From Camelus ferus (taxonomy: Eukaryota), in NCBI RefSeq assembly GCF_009834535.1, contig NC_045696.1, positions 16,370,001-16,434,000 on the forward strand: a DNA stretch of 64,000 bases. Direction: 5' to 3'. Made by a program: the position numbers and the translations under genes. Below the pieces are notes generated by a model, which was not told the origin of the DNA, did not search any database, and saw only the letters and a list, made by a program, of their open reading frames with translations. Shown one piece after another: positions 13,509-26,792 of the stretch. Position 1 is the stretch's first letter; each line of letters begins with the position of its first letter.

Positions 13509-16500
13509 CTGAAGATGGGTAAAATGAGTAAGATTATTTTAGCTCAGTCATCTCGTTTAGTATAAATGGATATGTCAAACAGGACTTAATTACTGAAGCA
13601 TACTAATTAAATTATAAAAACACATTTAATTATTCAAGTTGTCATACCATTTAATTCTTTGCCAAAACTGAGAATAATTTAACCACTGTGGTAGCAATTA
13701 AGGACAAGACAAGCAACAGGATTTAAGTGGGGGTCTCCTCTAGCCCCGGAGTCTAGTTTAGAATGTTAAATGATGCCAAAAGGCAACGATTTCTGTAAAA
13801 GTATTTAAAGTAGAAGAGAATGCACTTTATCTGCCATGAATAAGCAGAGGTATTTTATTAGGGGGGACAATTTATACAAATTAATTTACATAATTCTTGC
13901 CATATATATCTCACTTGTAAACAACAATACACATTCAAGAGCAAGGTTAACTCTGAATTTCTGATCATAAAGTTACAGGACTTACAACCTATTATCCGAC
14001 CTAGCTATGAATATGTTTTATCATAATTATATATCCTTTCAGGATCTTTCAGTATCAGTGCTTCTGAATGCATTTCACACAAATGGCAAATTGATGACAA
14101 AAGTAACTCTGACTTCCAGACATTCTGTCACCAGTTTAAAAATAGGCTTCCACTATTAATCCTTTTGACTAATGTATATCTCTGTGTGTCTGCGTATCAT
14201 ACAGCTGGATGGACAAAGCTCCTCCCACTCTCATTCTCAAGAATTCAGCCAGCACTCTAGTCATGGTACAAACACATTTTCTAATATTAAAAGCGTCACA
14301 TACATAAAGCCTAAAACCTTACGTGGCTATGCATCTAACTTAAGCAGAGATGGGAAAAGCTGTGTCACCCTGCAGACAGATCAAACGTGGCAGCTTCACT
14401 CCTTAATACAATAGTCTCTGCCTGATATTTTGTTAAAAAATTCTCATTTTGAGATTTCCCCCCTCTCTAGTGGACACTGGTATTGTCTACCAGAAGCTGA
14501 AGCCTGTGTACCTCTGGAAGAGGGCTCTTAGGTGCTAAATACACTAGCTAGTTCAGTAGGAGCCGGCCCAACGACAAAACTCAATCACGGTATTAGATCT
14601 TGGGTCATATTCCTTAGAGAAGTGCAACTCAACTGCTGTTCAGCAGCTTTCAGGCCAAGATTCATCTGAAAATACAAGAGCATTACCACAAGCACTGTGA
14701 CTCCAACTGCGTTTCTGCATTCGTGTCTTGACATGGAAAACAGAAGATGCTATCCTCCCACCCTTTTGAGGAGAGGAAGGGGGACAGGAAGAAATGCAAA
14801 ATGCCCTAGATCCAAGACTAGCTCTGAATTCTATGATACTATAAATTTTGCATATTTTCTTTTACTCAACTAATATTTATCGAGGACCTATGATATATTG
14901 GGTGCTGTGCAGGTCATATTTTCATTTTGGTTAGGTCAGGTATTGTAAGAGCAATAACAAATGTCAGAGCTGAAAGACAAGGAAGAGATTGAGTCCAGAT
15001 TCCCCACAATTTTACACATGAAAAAAAATCAGGTCAAGTCCAGTGACACTGAGTTAGTCAATAAAAACTTTCTTAAAAAGTCAGCTTCAAACAAGTGAAG
15101 AGAGTTTTGGAGTCACACAGGCCTGGGTGCAAATTTCAATGCACCCCTTTGTAGCTATGCATTAGGTAAATTACTTAATTTCTTTAAATCTCAGTCTCCA
15201 CGTCTGCAGAATATGATTAAGAATATGGTGACTTCAAAGACTGAAGTGAAGAATAAATGCAACAATTTAGAAATGTTCTGCAGAAAATTTTCTATTCAGT
15301 GTAAACTGCCCATATAGCTTTAGTTCACCAAATTTTAATGGTTGCCCTGAATTCCAATCTATAGAGTTTATTTATCTAACTCTCTGTTTTTGGATCATTT
15401 GAGATAGCTTCTGCACAACCATGCAATGTACATTTCAGAGGTACACCTTTGTTCACCCAGGTGAGCATGTCTTTAAGAACAATTCCTTGAGGTGGAACTG
15501 CTAGATACTCCACATTCAACATTAACAGACACTAAATGCTATATTACCTTCCAGAAAGACTGTGCTAATTTATCCTTTCAGTATTGAGAGAAGAAAAACC
15601 TTAAATCCTAAAATTATACTATTATTAGATGCACTTATATTCTCTAGTTTTAGAAGAGCAACTTCCCTTCCCCCAATATTTATTAGACTTACCGAAAAGA
15701 AAGAAGTATGGTTAAATGGCAACTAAAATTCAAAAATTTCATTAAAACATTTCAATTTGTTCTACATCAATATCTTATTTTAAAATAGTAGACATAACAA
15801 TGATCTGAATTTTTTAAAAGTATGGCAAACGTTCTGTAATACATGGAATAGCTATATCACAAGGCGGGGGCGGGGGAGGAGTAAAGAATAAAGCAAACCA
15901 AATGATCCAAAAAATGACATACTATACTTTAGCATGAGTTAGTATTAAAAAACAGAATAAACCCCTAGTATTTACTCACACGCTCCAGGAAGGCCTGGAG
16001 AAACTATTTGAGCAATCCTGTCTAGGCTACTGCCTTTTATACATAAAAATACTCCCTTGCTTGAAAGAACACCATAGAACATGACTATACATATGCCACA
16101 AACATAAAATATTATTATCATATATATTATTATAAATATCTATGTGTATACATAGATATTTAAATTTTTATCTAAAATATACTGCTGGAGCAAATAAAGA
16201 TTGAAGGGAATGTAAAATCATTCAGTCAAATCATCTCTTTATAAAGATGAGGAAACTGATGCACTAAGAAGTTAAAAGCTATTTAGAAACAGGGTACGAG
16301 GAGGACACACTCCTTCAGCTTCCAAGGTCAATGTGCTTCCCACAGCTCTAAATTTAAGCTCTGATTCAAATAGATTTAAACTTCTCATTTTCTATATGTG
16401 AAAGTAAAAAAAAAAAAAAAGAACGCTTGATTACTCAATATTTTAAAAATAAATTTAAATAAAGGAAATTCTGTTGAAAGAATTCTTTTTATTTCTAAAT

Positions 16501-16642
16501 GCTTAAATTTTATAATAATATAGGTCAAATCTAGGTTCAGAGAGAAAGGCTAGAGCTATAGAAATAAAAGGCCAACAACAAAAGAATTCTAATGCAGACA
16601 TAAGTGCTGAAATAGAAATCTCAAAAAAGAAAAAGAGAATAC

Positions 16643-16787
16643 CTGGATATCTTGCAGGCAAATTTCATGAGCATCCAAAGAACACTGTAGTCGTGGTTCC
16701 AGTAGTTTCTTTAAATTGCCTATTGGCTCATTGATGTCTATGGCCTGGCTTACACATTCGGCTGGGGTGTAGGTTTGTTCCACAATG
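16643..16787 (-). CDS. GABPA: GABPA coding exon 3 (OST domain part)
   Basis: (S)IVEQTYTPAECVSQAIDINEPIGNLKKLLEPRLQCSLDAHEICLQDIQ; ttcgttag / gtattc; 145 nt. Confidence 0.96.
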
Positions 16788-18214
16788 CTAACGAATATAA
16801 TGTTAAAGGATATAGCAGTTAAGAATTACATTTCTACCCTGGATGTTAATGTAACAATGTGTTCAATATAAAATTCAACACCAAAACATATTTCTGGTCT
16901 TTGAAGCTCATTTCTGCAAAGGACATCTTTCATAGTGGTAGGCTCATCACCAATCAGCGTTGCCAAACTGAACAGTGAATCACAGAGAAACGCCAGCTTG
17001 CAATTTAAAGCAACCTTGCAAATATGCCTTGTTACGTATATATATATGTGTGTGTGTTTGTGTATATATACAAATATTGCACATACAACATTTAAGGGGA
17101 GATCTTTACGTTTATATATTTCTAAGTTATTTTAGACTCAAAAAAGAATATAAAAAGTCTCAAAATTTGTATGCCATCTCTACTAGTCAATTTCCCTTCC
17201 CAACATAAATACAATTTAATAATATAAATTATAAAATAGTTCCCATTTAATCTACTGGTTATAATCACCACAGATCCACCATAAATAATATTATATTATT
17301 CCTTTAAAACTCTCTAAGGGCTCTTTTGCATTGTTAGTTCATACTCTGAATTCTATGGAACCATAGCTCCTTAAGGGTAAAATCTTTGGTAAGCAATCCT
17401 ATATATCTTTTGTGAATCCTTATTTGAGGCCAAACAGAAGACAGTAATATTTGCTGAATTGGTAAATCTAGAATTCAATTATGTTTCACATGTTTAATTT
17501 AAATATGATTTAAAACTCACTTGCAGTTGTCAAAAACAGTATGTCCTTAAAAACTTGTCAAGTTCCATTTCACATAAATTCCAAGCCTAATGCAATTTAT
17601 ATAGCATATTCATTGATTGTATTTAGCTTAAATTCCTTCTAAAACTTTTAACATTTACAAAATAGATGACTCATAACTGAAGAAAACAAGATTTTAAAAT
17701 AATAGTGAACTATTATTATGCTTATTTGTGAGGGTAAAATAATTGGGGTTTTTGGTTAAGTATTTTTACCAAATACTTCAGCTGTAGTGCAGTGGGCTAT
17801 ATTTTTTCCTTTCTTTGTAACAGTAATTCTTTAAAAGAGTCAGATATCACTTTGAGACAGATTTTTAAGGACCTACTTTACATAAGCTCAACATTTAAAA
17901 CATTTTTAATATTCTGTTGCCACTATTTACACCTTGGGAAACTTCATACAAAAATCTGAGTATCAACTTCTCTCAAAAAAAAAGTGTGGATGATCTCCCA
18001 TAACTAGATCTAAATTCCTGCTACAGCCAGATGGCCACCACTGCCCCCTTCGCCAGTAACCTGCTGCTACCCGCCAGGCGAGCAGTAACTACCAACAGCG
18101 GTAACTACCAATCTCTCACGTGAGACATGGACAAAGGTTTTCGAAAGGGGGCAAACAGTAAAAACTTTAGATTCTGTAGACCATGAATGTGTATATAAAA
18201 ATAAATACATGTAC

Positions 18215-18687
18215 GTGAGGCTTCAAGATGGCCCAAAGATCCTCACCTCCTAATATTATACTTCCCTCCCGAACTGTACCAAGGTTGGACTGTGTGACCA
18301 AAGGACTAAGGCTGTGACATATGTGTCGCTTCTTAGATTAAGTTATTTAAAAAGATACCGACGCGAATGCTCTCTCAGACTACTTGTTTTCGGGAAAGCT
18401 GGCTGCCATGTCACGCGCAGCCCTACACAGAAGCCCACGTGATGAGGAAGTGAGTGGTCCTGCCACCAATCTCATGAGTGATCTCGGCAACAGACATACC
18501 AGCCCCAGTCAACTCTTCAGATGACTGCAGTCCAGACTGACAGCTTAACTGCAAGCTCATGAAATACTCTGAGCCAGAACTATCCAGCTAAACTTCTAGG
18601 TTCCTGACTCTGAGAAACTGTGCAATAACAACAGTTGGGTGTTTCAAGCCGCCAAGTTTTGGGGTAATTTGCTACATAAAGAAATAA
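18215..18687 (+). mobile_element. MaLR solo LTR (MLT1-type)
   Basis: aagatggccc...cagatgactgcagtcc...gagaaactgtg...tttcaagccgccaagttttggggtaatttgctaca. Confidence 0.7.
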
Positions 18688-18732
18688 ATGTATGTATGTA
18701 TGTATGTATGTATGTATGTATGTATGTGTGTG

Positions 18733-18767
<35 letters not shown>

Positions 18768-18770
18768 ATG
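18688..18770. repeat. Compound microsatellite (TATG)n(TG)n
   Basis: Directly visible. Confidence 0.95.
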
Positions 18771-19039
18771 AAAATTTTAAAAGGCATGTAGTCTGTTGTT
18801 TCTTTGGCTGGGGAAAATTTCATAATCAAACATGTTGAAAAGGTCCATTAAAAATTTAAGATCTCCCAGGCAGTCATGTCAAGGTATTTTAGACCTTTTC
18901 TGTGAGGAAAATGTTCCTATGTCAGGACATGGTGAGAGAGGACAGGACTGAGGACAACTAAAATGGGGTTTGTCTTTTGAGCTAGAGTCAGGCGTCTCCT
19001 TTGAGCAGAAAAGGTGGTGTGGTTGGGTAACCATGGCCT

Positions 19040-19225
19040 GAGGGCAAAAAAAATGGGGGAATGGGGGAGCTAATCATTAACTGGCATAAAATCTCAATTA
19101 TGCAAGACAAATAAGTTGTTGAGATCTGTTGTACAACATTGTGCCTACAGTTGACAATATCATACTGTACACTTAAAAATTTGTTGAGGGTAGACTGCAT
19201 GTTAAGTATTCTTTCCACAATAAAA
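19040..19225 (+). mobile_element. L1 3'-end fragment
   Basis: gtacaacattgtgcctacagttgacaat...actgtacacttaaaaatttgttgagggtaga. Confidence 0.65.
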
Positions 19226-19993
19226 TCATCCTTATTTTATCCTTAGTAATCTTGTCCGTTCCCACTGTAGCTGTTCTATTCTAAAGCTCTGTAACTCTAC
19301 AGAAGTTTTCGACTACTCTTTAGCCCCTTTTACCTTCGGCATATTAAAATATCTCACCTCCGGCTTTACAGAGTAAAGCAGAATCATTAGCCATTACCTT
19401 CCTCAACCTTTTTGACTCCCAAATCTCTATTTTTACCCACATTCTCTCCTTGGATTCTGAACTCACTACAACTGCCCTCCTTCCTTAACAGAGAAAGTAA
19501 TATTCTATTACTGTTCCAAAAACGAACACCTTCCTACGACTCTGCATGCTTAGTAATGTGGTGGCTCCCAGCTGTATCTCCTCAAATACATGGTGGTCCC
19601 TACAAGGGCAGGTTATAGTCTCACTGATTCATGTACTCCTGATAGGTACTAGTTGTTAAATTCGTTCAGGTTGTGAATTAAAACTCTTCCTGAAATAAAG
19701 ATAATCAGCACAGACAAGAAGAGAAAGAATCAAACAGTGCCCAAGGATAAAAAACCATCACAATCAATTGCTTGATCATTATCACCTACGCTTATTACTA
19801 TCTTCGGTTTAAAACTACCTTTTCCTCCCAGCTACAAACCCATTAAGTTAGAGAAAAAAGGCAATACATTATCCCCCCAAATGCTGAGGTCAGTTGAAAA
19901 AAAGGAAAAGGGCCCCAAAGAACTCTGGCTTGATCCTTAATTTTAATTCGGCATGCTGCTAATATAAAAGTGGTCAATTCAAAAAATACTAAC

Positions 19994-20070
19994 CTTTCTT
20001 CTGTGCACTCTGGTTTCTCTGTTCCATCAATCTCAATTTCTATCAGCTCCTCTGCTTCTCTCTTCGTCAT
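19994..20070 (-). CDS. GABPA: GABPA first coding exon (exon 2; whole exon 19994-20096 including 26 nt of 5'UTR)
   Basis: accATG, MTKREAEELIEIEIDGTEKPECTEE; acceptor cttatag at 20097-20098, donor gttagt; 77 coding nt; cumulative CDS of exons 2-9 = 1136 nt with consistent phase. Confidence 0.97.
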
Positions 20071-21179
20071 GGTTGAAGTATTTCAAAAGCTCAGCCCTAT
20101 AAGAGTTAAATTTTAAGACATTCTGAAATTATCTGCATAAACAGAAATGCTATATAAGAAGCAAAAACTCAATTCAAATAAAATCAGAGGTAAGCAGGAG
20201 GAAGTAACCTTCACATGTAAAGGAAAATCCATAATTTATAGATATTTACAAACTAGTTTTTGTTTAATGATATTTATTAACCAGACATGACATCATCATC
20301 ACTCCACTGGATGTTCTGGGATGTTTTTCACCCAATCTTAGCTCAGTAAATTAATTTAAGTTACTCCAAAATCAAGTGACAAGTATGTCAACTATATTAA
20401 AGCAATTCAGTCTTAATAAAAGACTCAAACCTGCAGCTTAAAAATCAACATGGAGATGAACCATTTACAACTGTTCAGCTAAAAACTGTACCTTATTAGC
20501 AGAATTTACTGCAAACCACTGAACTAACAGAGTAATACAAAGTTAATCCTGGCTATGATTTTTGTTACAAATTACATATCTTATAAATGTCAGTGTAATA
20601 ATCTCAAACAGCAAAATAAAATAACAAAATCACTATAGATATTTGCATTACTGCCTAAATACACACCATCACCAGTACAAGAGCCACCACCATCTCTCAC
20701 TGGAATGCTCCAACAGCCTCTTCCTAACATGTTTCCCTGTGCTGCTGCCCTTGTCCCCCTACAATGTGGTCTCAGTCAGTACACAGCAGTGACCTTTTTT
20801 AAAAGTGCAGTTACATCATAGCACTCCTTTGATTGATACCAATCACAGTGAAACCTAAAGACTTTCCGATGGCCAGCAAGGCCCTATGTGAGCTACTCCC
20901 CATTCCATTACTACTGACTCCCTCGCCCACACTGGCCTCCTTGCTTGTCCTAGCTTTGTTCGTTCTTCTTGTCCCAGCATTCATCCTCTAACCTACTACA
21001 GCATTCATTTACTATAGTCTTTCTTTTTCTGTTGGCTCATTATCAAAGTGCGAAGAGCAAAACTGTCCAAACGTGACCCCAGGAACTTAAGTTGGTTTCT
21101 CTGGACTGGGGACTTCCCCTAGCTCCTAGAAGTGGGACAGGCTGTACCAGCTCTCAACTTTTCCAGGAACCAAGATCTC

Positions 21180-21603
21180 TGCGGTAGGCACAATAATGAC
21201 CCAGAACTTGTGATTACATTCTATCATATGGCAAAGAAGAATTAAGGTTACTAATCAGCTGACCTGAACATAAAGAGAGTAGCCTAGATTATCCACATGA
21301 GTCCAATGAAATCACTTTCTTAAACTGAAGAGGTCGAGTGATTCAAAGTGAGAAGGGCTTGACTAGCCGGCTGTGACTAGTTTTGAGGATGAAAGTAAGT
21401 GGCCACAAGCCAAGGAATGCACACAGCCTCTAGAAGTGGGAAAAGAAAAGAAACAGGTCCTCCCTCACAGCCTCCAGAAGAAACACAGCTCTGCCAACAT
21501 CTGATTTCACTTTTGACTTCAAGAACTGTATGGTGATAAATTTGTGTTTTTAAGCCCCTAGGTCAGTAGCAATAGTGTCACAGCAGCACTAGGAAACAAC
21601 ACA
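21180..21603 (+). mobile_element. MaLR solo LTR (MLT1-type)
   Basis: tgcggtaggcacaataatg...agccaaggaatgc...cagcctccagaag...acagcagcactaggaaacaacaca. Confidence 0.7.
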
Positions 21604-22109
21604 GGCTTCTTTCCCACTTCAGAAATGGCTGTAACTCTCCACAGGGCCGAACACCTCCAGCTGCTCCAGAGCTGGTTCTGACAACTTGGTCCACAAATTG
21701 CTGGCATCCGAATCTAGAATGCCTGGTACAAAAATGATGATTTTCAACACATTTCCCCTATAAGAAGAAAGAACAATAAAAGCGTGGGGCTCTCCACTGG
21801 AATAGATACACCTCATGAACATCTAGCAGAATGCCTAGACCCCAGAAAATTCTGTTTGAGATGATTAAAGAATGAAGGGATTTTGTTTTCTTGCTGATCC
21901 TGGTCTAAGACTTCCCTTCCCCCATAAAGCCTATTTCTTAATTGATACTATGTGTAAAACTGTGGAATCCATCCTGAACACTACAGCAAAACAGGTGGTG
22001 ATGACCCAGCAGGGACCAACCCCGTAGAACAACATAAGCTCCTCCTGGGAAAGGTGATTTGTTTACAGATGTATACAAGGTATTAAAATGTGTTGAATAA
22101 ATTAATGTT

Positions 22110-23000
22110 ATAAGAACTATTACACATGACATAAATTAACTCCAGAAGCCTAAAAGGCTTAAATATGAAAGGTAAAACTATAAAGCAAATAGAAGAAAAT
22201 GGTGGGAATTTTTTTGTGATCTAAAGAGAGGTAAGGATTTATTTCTTAAATAAAATTCCAAAAACATAAATTTTGAGGAAAAAAAGCAGACAGATTTGAA
22301 CACATAAAAATTAAGATTTATGTTCACCTGATAGGCTACAGAGGAGAAAAGATATTTCTCATATCCAAACGTGTATAGGGACTAATAACTGGAATAGACA
22401 GTGAACTCCTGCAAGTTGATAACAATCTCAAAAAAACCAGGGCAAATCAGAAAAGTAGGCAAAGTACAGGAAAAGGAAACTCACATAAAGGGAAACCAAA
22501 ACGGCTAAGGACATGAAGAAATGCTCACATTCAGACCATTCAAAAATGCAGCTACCACTTGATACCATGTGTACATGGCAAAGATTAGAAGAGAGTCAGA
22601 TCAGAAGAGGGACATGGAGGTGTAAGAGTCCTGCCTCTGCTGGTAAGAGTACAGAGAGGTCTGACAATTCTGGAGAAAAATCTGCTAGCACTTGCTCAAA
22701 TAAAATACACTTATACCTATGATCCAGCAATCTTGCCCGTGGATGAGCATTCCAGAGACATTCTCATACTGACTGAGGATGCTAAGGGGAGCTTTGCTGG
22801 AGACAGCTGGAAGCTGGAGCCAATACAAGCATCCATGTAAGGGAGTACTGTGATACAAGAAAATGTGAAAGAAGCAAACACACTATGGAACTTTCACAGC
22901 AGTTAGAAACAAGGCTCTAATGTACACACACGCAGAGGCAAAATCATAAAAACTGTTCTGTACAGAAAGTGAGAAACAGAACAAGGTTTATATAGTAGGT
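22110..23000 (+). mobile_element. Old L1M ORF2 3'-region fragment
   Basis: ttaaatatgaaaggtaaaactataaag...agaagaaaat, catgaagaaatgctca, tatgatccagcaat; many stops. Confidence 0.65.
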
Positions 23001-23148
23001 CAGCACTTAAAAGGATCATTTACGTTTCATTTTCAGGGCCTACAGGGAAGCCCACTCCCACCTCCACAACCAACTTTTAAAAAAAGATTAGAAAGCAAGT
23101 GAATTTTCTGGGAACTTGGCGAAATAGAAAGCATTCTGAGACACTAAC

Positions 23149-23984
23149 TGTAAGGAGACAGGGTAGGGGAGTTCTCTGGAGAAAGAGAACCAGGCACAGC
23201 TTTCTTTCTTTTTTTTAAACTCAAGACAAACGCAGCAGGAATTTGCAGCCCGCTGAGAGTGGCTTGGGCTGTTGGCAAGTGCAGGGCTGGGTGAGGTGAA
23301 CCTGTCAGAGGCTGGTGTTCCTGGGGCTGTTTCCCTTCCATCAGGCCACAGACAGCCAGGTGTGCAGCCCCGAGTCCTGGGTGCCGGTCTCCTGAGTGAT
23401 CAGGTGTCCAGGCATGGCCTTCCTGACATAAGAGAAGCCATTTTCGGCCTAAGCCATTTTGGGATCTTAGCCTGGCCACAGCACTTGTCCTTGAACAGGC
23501 CTCAGTAATAAAGATTTTAAAGAGTAACAACAGTGAAGATCATTAAGTCCGCTGCAGACTCCCAGTTGTGTTCCAAAGGCAAAGATTAACCTGAAGCACT
23601 TTCTTGAACAGTTTTGCAGAATCTAACCCCCTTCAAGCACTCAACTACCAGATCAACTGGAACCTAAGGGATGATGATGTTGACCTTTCTGACCCTCATG
23701 TCTTCAATCAACTAAAGCTTAGACTCTGTCAACTCCCCACCCGCCCACCCTGCCCCTATTCTATGCTGCATTCTCCTGTTCAAGCCCCTTCATGAATATG
23801 CATATACCATCTAAACCCTTTCATGAATATGCATATACCCTTAGCTTAATACTTTCCTGATTTAGGGAAAGATCCCTGGTGTTCTCCTTATTTGATACAA
23901 GTAATAAATCCTTCCTTCTCCTGATCTTTGGCTCCATCATGTCTTCTGACTTGACATTCACCTGAAAACTGCTTTCAGGTAACA
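23149..23984 (+). mobile_element. Putative ERV1-class solo LTR in GABPA intron 1
   Basis: TG start (tgtaagg) and ggtaaca end, AATAAA at ~23904, near-TSD taac/aaac, internal 31-bp tandem duplication; left boundary uncertain. Confidence 0.5.
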
Positions 23985-26071
23985 AAACCAGAGCCTGAGA
24001 AATGGCCCTAAGGTCTTATCAGCAGGGATACCTGTGGCACCCGTTAATATAAGCACTAATACGGGGTTGTTAAAAAAAATTTATCCTATGATCTTCCAAA
24101 AAAGTTAAGAGATCAGTTTCAAGAAGGTGCCAAATAAAGAAAAAAAAAAAAAAAAAAAAGAATCCCATGTAATTCTGGAAAAAAAAAATGTTACTTCACA
24201 GTCTCTGAATTCATCTTCCTCTTTCTTTCTCAAGTTCTCTAAATTTAGTCTAAAAAAGCAACGGAGAGATTTGGGAAGTCATCCGAATCTTTGATATCGC
24301 TGCTTGAGTGGGTCTTAGCTCTTTTTCTGGAACCAATTCCCCAGAATTCTATGCCAATACTTAACATATGGAGAAGAGAACAGTACTTGGAGCCTTTCCA
24401 CCTAGGGAAAGGTGCCCCTTGACACCCTGGTTTCTCCTAGATTAAATTTAATCTGGATTCAAAACGCTTCACAAAATGAATACAAACTAAACTTAAATTT
24501 AACTAAAAATTCCAGGAAAGGCTAGTATTCTTTAAAATACAGTTATGTTTAACATTCTCTTTTAGAGCCAGAGATAACTTGAGGGTCATTCTTCTTTATT
24601 GGAAAACATTATTAGTTTACACAGTTTAGGGTAATTTTTCCCAGGAAAGCTAAATACATAAATAAAGGATAAATAAATACAAGTATAAGCCTGATCAACT
24701 GTACGTTTCCTCGTGCTAAAAAATACTTTTAAATACCTGAAGAAATTAAAACACATTTCTGTTCTTCAAAGATAAAATCAATACGGAAAGAAAAGTAAAG
24801 CATATACGTGTGTGGGTGTGTGTGTACCTGTGGAGAGAGAAAGCAAGTGTGGAGAAAGGTTAACACTTAGTGACCCTTGAGGGTGAAAGTGTTGCTTGTA
24901 TAATTTCACTGCATAATTTTTTGTCAATTTTCCTGTAGACTTGGAAGTTTTATAAATAAAAGCTGGAGGGAGATTAAAGTCAACAGTTCTAATTTAGTAT
25001 TCAGCCTCCATATGCTCTCATGACTTGCCCCAATTTAACATCTAGCTCACTATTTTCTTACTTCAAGACTATATATCCCTCATGGCATTTGGTCCTGTAG
25101 GTGCAATCCAGGTAAAATTAATTTAAGTCCACCTAGTGTCGGGATATGTTTCAAAATAAATAAGCTTGGAAAGCCTGAATCAAATCTAAGAAAGATTTCA
25201 TTATTTCTTTAAAGAAGTTTCGAACGAGTTGACCAGTTTCCTTTGGTATTTAAGACAACACAGTACCCAAGAATATTATCACTGCCCAGTTCTTCACTTT
25301 GCTCAAGCGGACCCTCCCAAATCTTTGCTCCGCCCACGACTCAGACCTACTGCGTGTATTTCTAAATTACTAGTCATCATCTTGCAATGCAATGTTAGGC
25401 GTAGTCCTCCCAGCCGTTAATCTAATCAGAGTAGGCTTCCTAAACACAAACACGCGCTCGCTTACTTTTCGGTCCACCAAAAAAAAAAAAAAACCCTAAA
25501 AAAGCTGACAAGCTACGTTAACCCATCATTTTCCTCATGTCTTACTTCCTCGTTTTTAAAAGAAACCCAACAGACACCATATACATTAGTAGATGGCTTT
25601 GATGCAACTGTAAGACAATTCTAGAAAGACAACTGGATTTGAAGTGAGAGCGAATCGCTGAGCTGGCAAGGACACAGGGTTTGTATCTTCCTCTGAAATC
25701 CCGGGGGCATCAGGATCAGATGCCGACCGCGGCGACTGTGGACCACCGCGGACAGTCGGGTGGGGGACAGTGCGGGAAGAGGGCGGCGAAAGGTGACACG
25801 AACGACCTGGGACCCGGGGGCGCGCGGCTCCGCAGAGCCCCGCGCCGCGCGCCCCCCGCCCCTCCCCTCAGCTCCCCGCACAGCCTCCTCCGCCCCTCCC
25901 CACCCGGCTCCCTCAAGTCTCCACGAACGGAAATGGGAGTCACAGCGCCGGGGACCAGCGGAAACAAAACACAGAGGCGGCCGCGGGGGGGCCGCGGTGG
26001 GGGAGAAGGCCCCGGAACGAAGCCGGCCCGCGCGGGCCCGCGCTCCCCTCCTCCCCCGCGGCCGCACTCAC

Positions 26072-26480
26072 CCGCTCCGGATTCGGCCCCGTCGCCCCCG
26101 CCCGCGCTCCAGAGCCGGCTGAGAACGACAGCGGCGCGGGCTCCACGTGCAGCGCCTCTCCCGGTAAGACCCGCAGCTCCCGCGACTCGAAGTGGGAGGC
26201 CGCTGGGCCCTTCCCGCGAAAACGGCGCTGAGAAACTCCAACCCCCCCTCCCGCCTCCCAGGCACCCCCGGGTCCGGGACTACAACTCCCAGCAGGTTGC
26301 GCGAAACGAAGCCCGAGGCAACGGAGGCTCGCGAGGCACAAGGGAGCACAACGCCTCAATCCGCTTTGTTTCACACTCTTGTCACTTTGTCTGCACAAAG
26401 CGTGCACTTCACCACCCCAAGAAGTAGGACGCTGATTCCGGGAGGGCTGTGGGAGAGTAACTGAACTAGGGGAAAGGCCA
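26072..26480 (-). other. GABPA: GABPA non-coding exon 1 (3' boundary from donor; 5' end approximate)
   Basis: Consensus minus-strand donor CGG|gtgagt at 26072/26071 inside the CpG island; the TSS cannot be determined from sequence. Confidence 0.65.
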
Positions 26481-26739
26481 GTCCGAGTGCGCATGCGTAC
26501 ACAACAAGGTTTCCGAGAGGGAAAAACAGCGGGTCAAGATGGGCAAAGGAAAGATGGCGGAGGCGTCGCCAGGGGACCCGGAAGCACTTACCCTCCACTT
26601 CCTCCTCCTGTTTGGTTTCTGTCTCACCTACAGCCGTCCGGTCGCAGACTGTCTCCGAGACGCTTCCTGTCCGGTGAGTGTCGACCGACTGAAACGGCGG
26701 CCCATAATGCATTGCGATGGCGGGTGGGGGCGGAGCCAG

Positions 26740-26792
26740 GGCCGGAAGTAGAACGGCGGCGGCGGCTCTGGCAGCTCGGGACTTCGTGCAAG
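26740..26792 (+). other. ATP5PF: ATP5PF non-coding exon 1 (main form; 5' end approximate)
   Basis: Ends ...gtgcaag|gtgact. Joined to exon 2 it gives GCAAG-AATCACC-ATG, resembling the mammalian ATP5J 5'UTR as I recall it. Confidence 0.65.
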
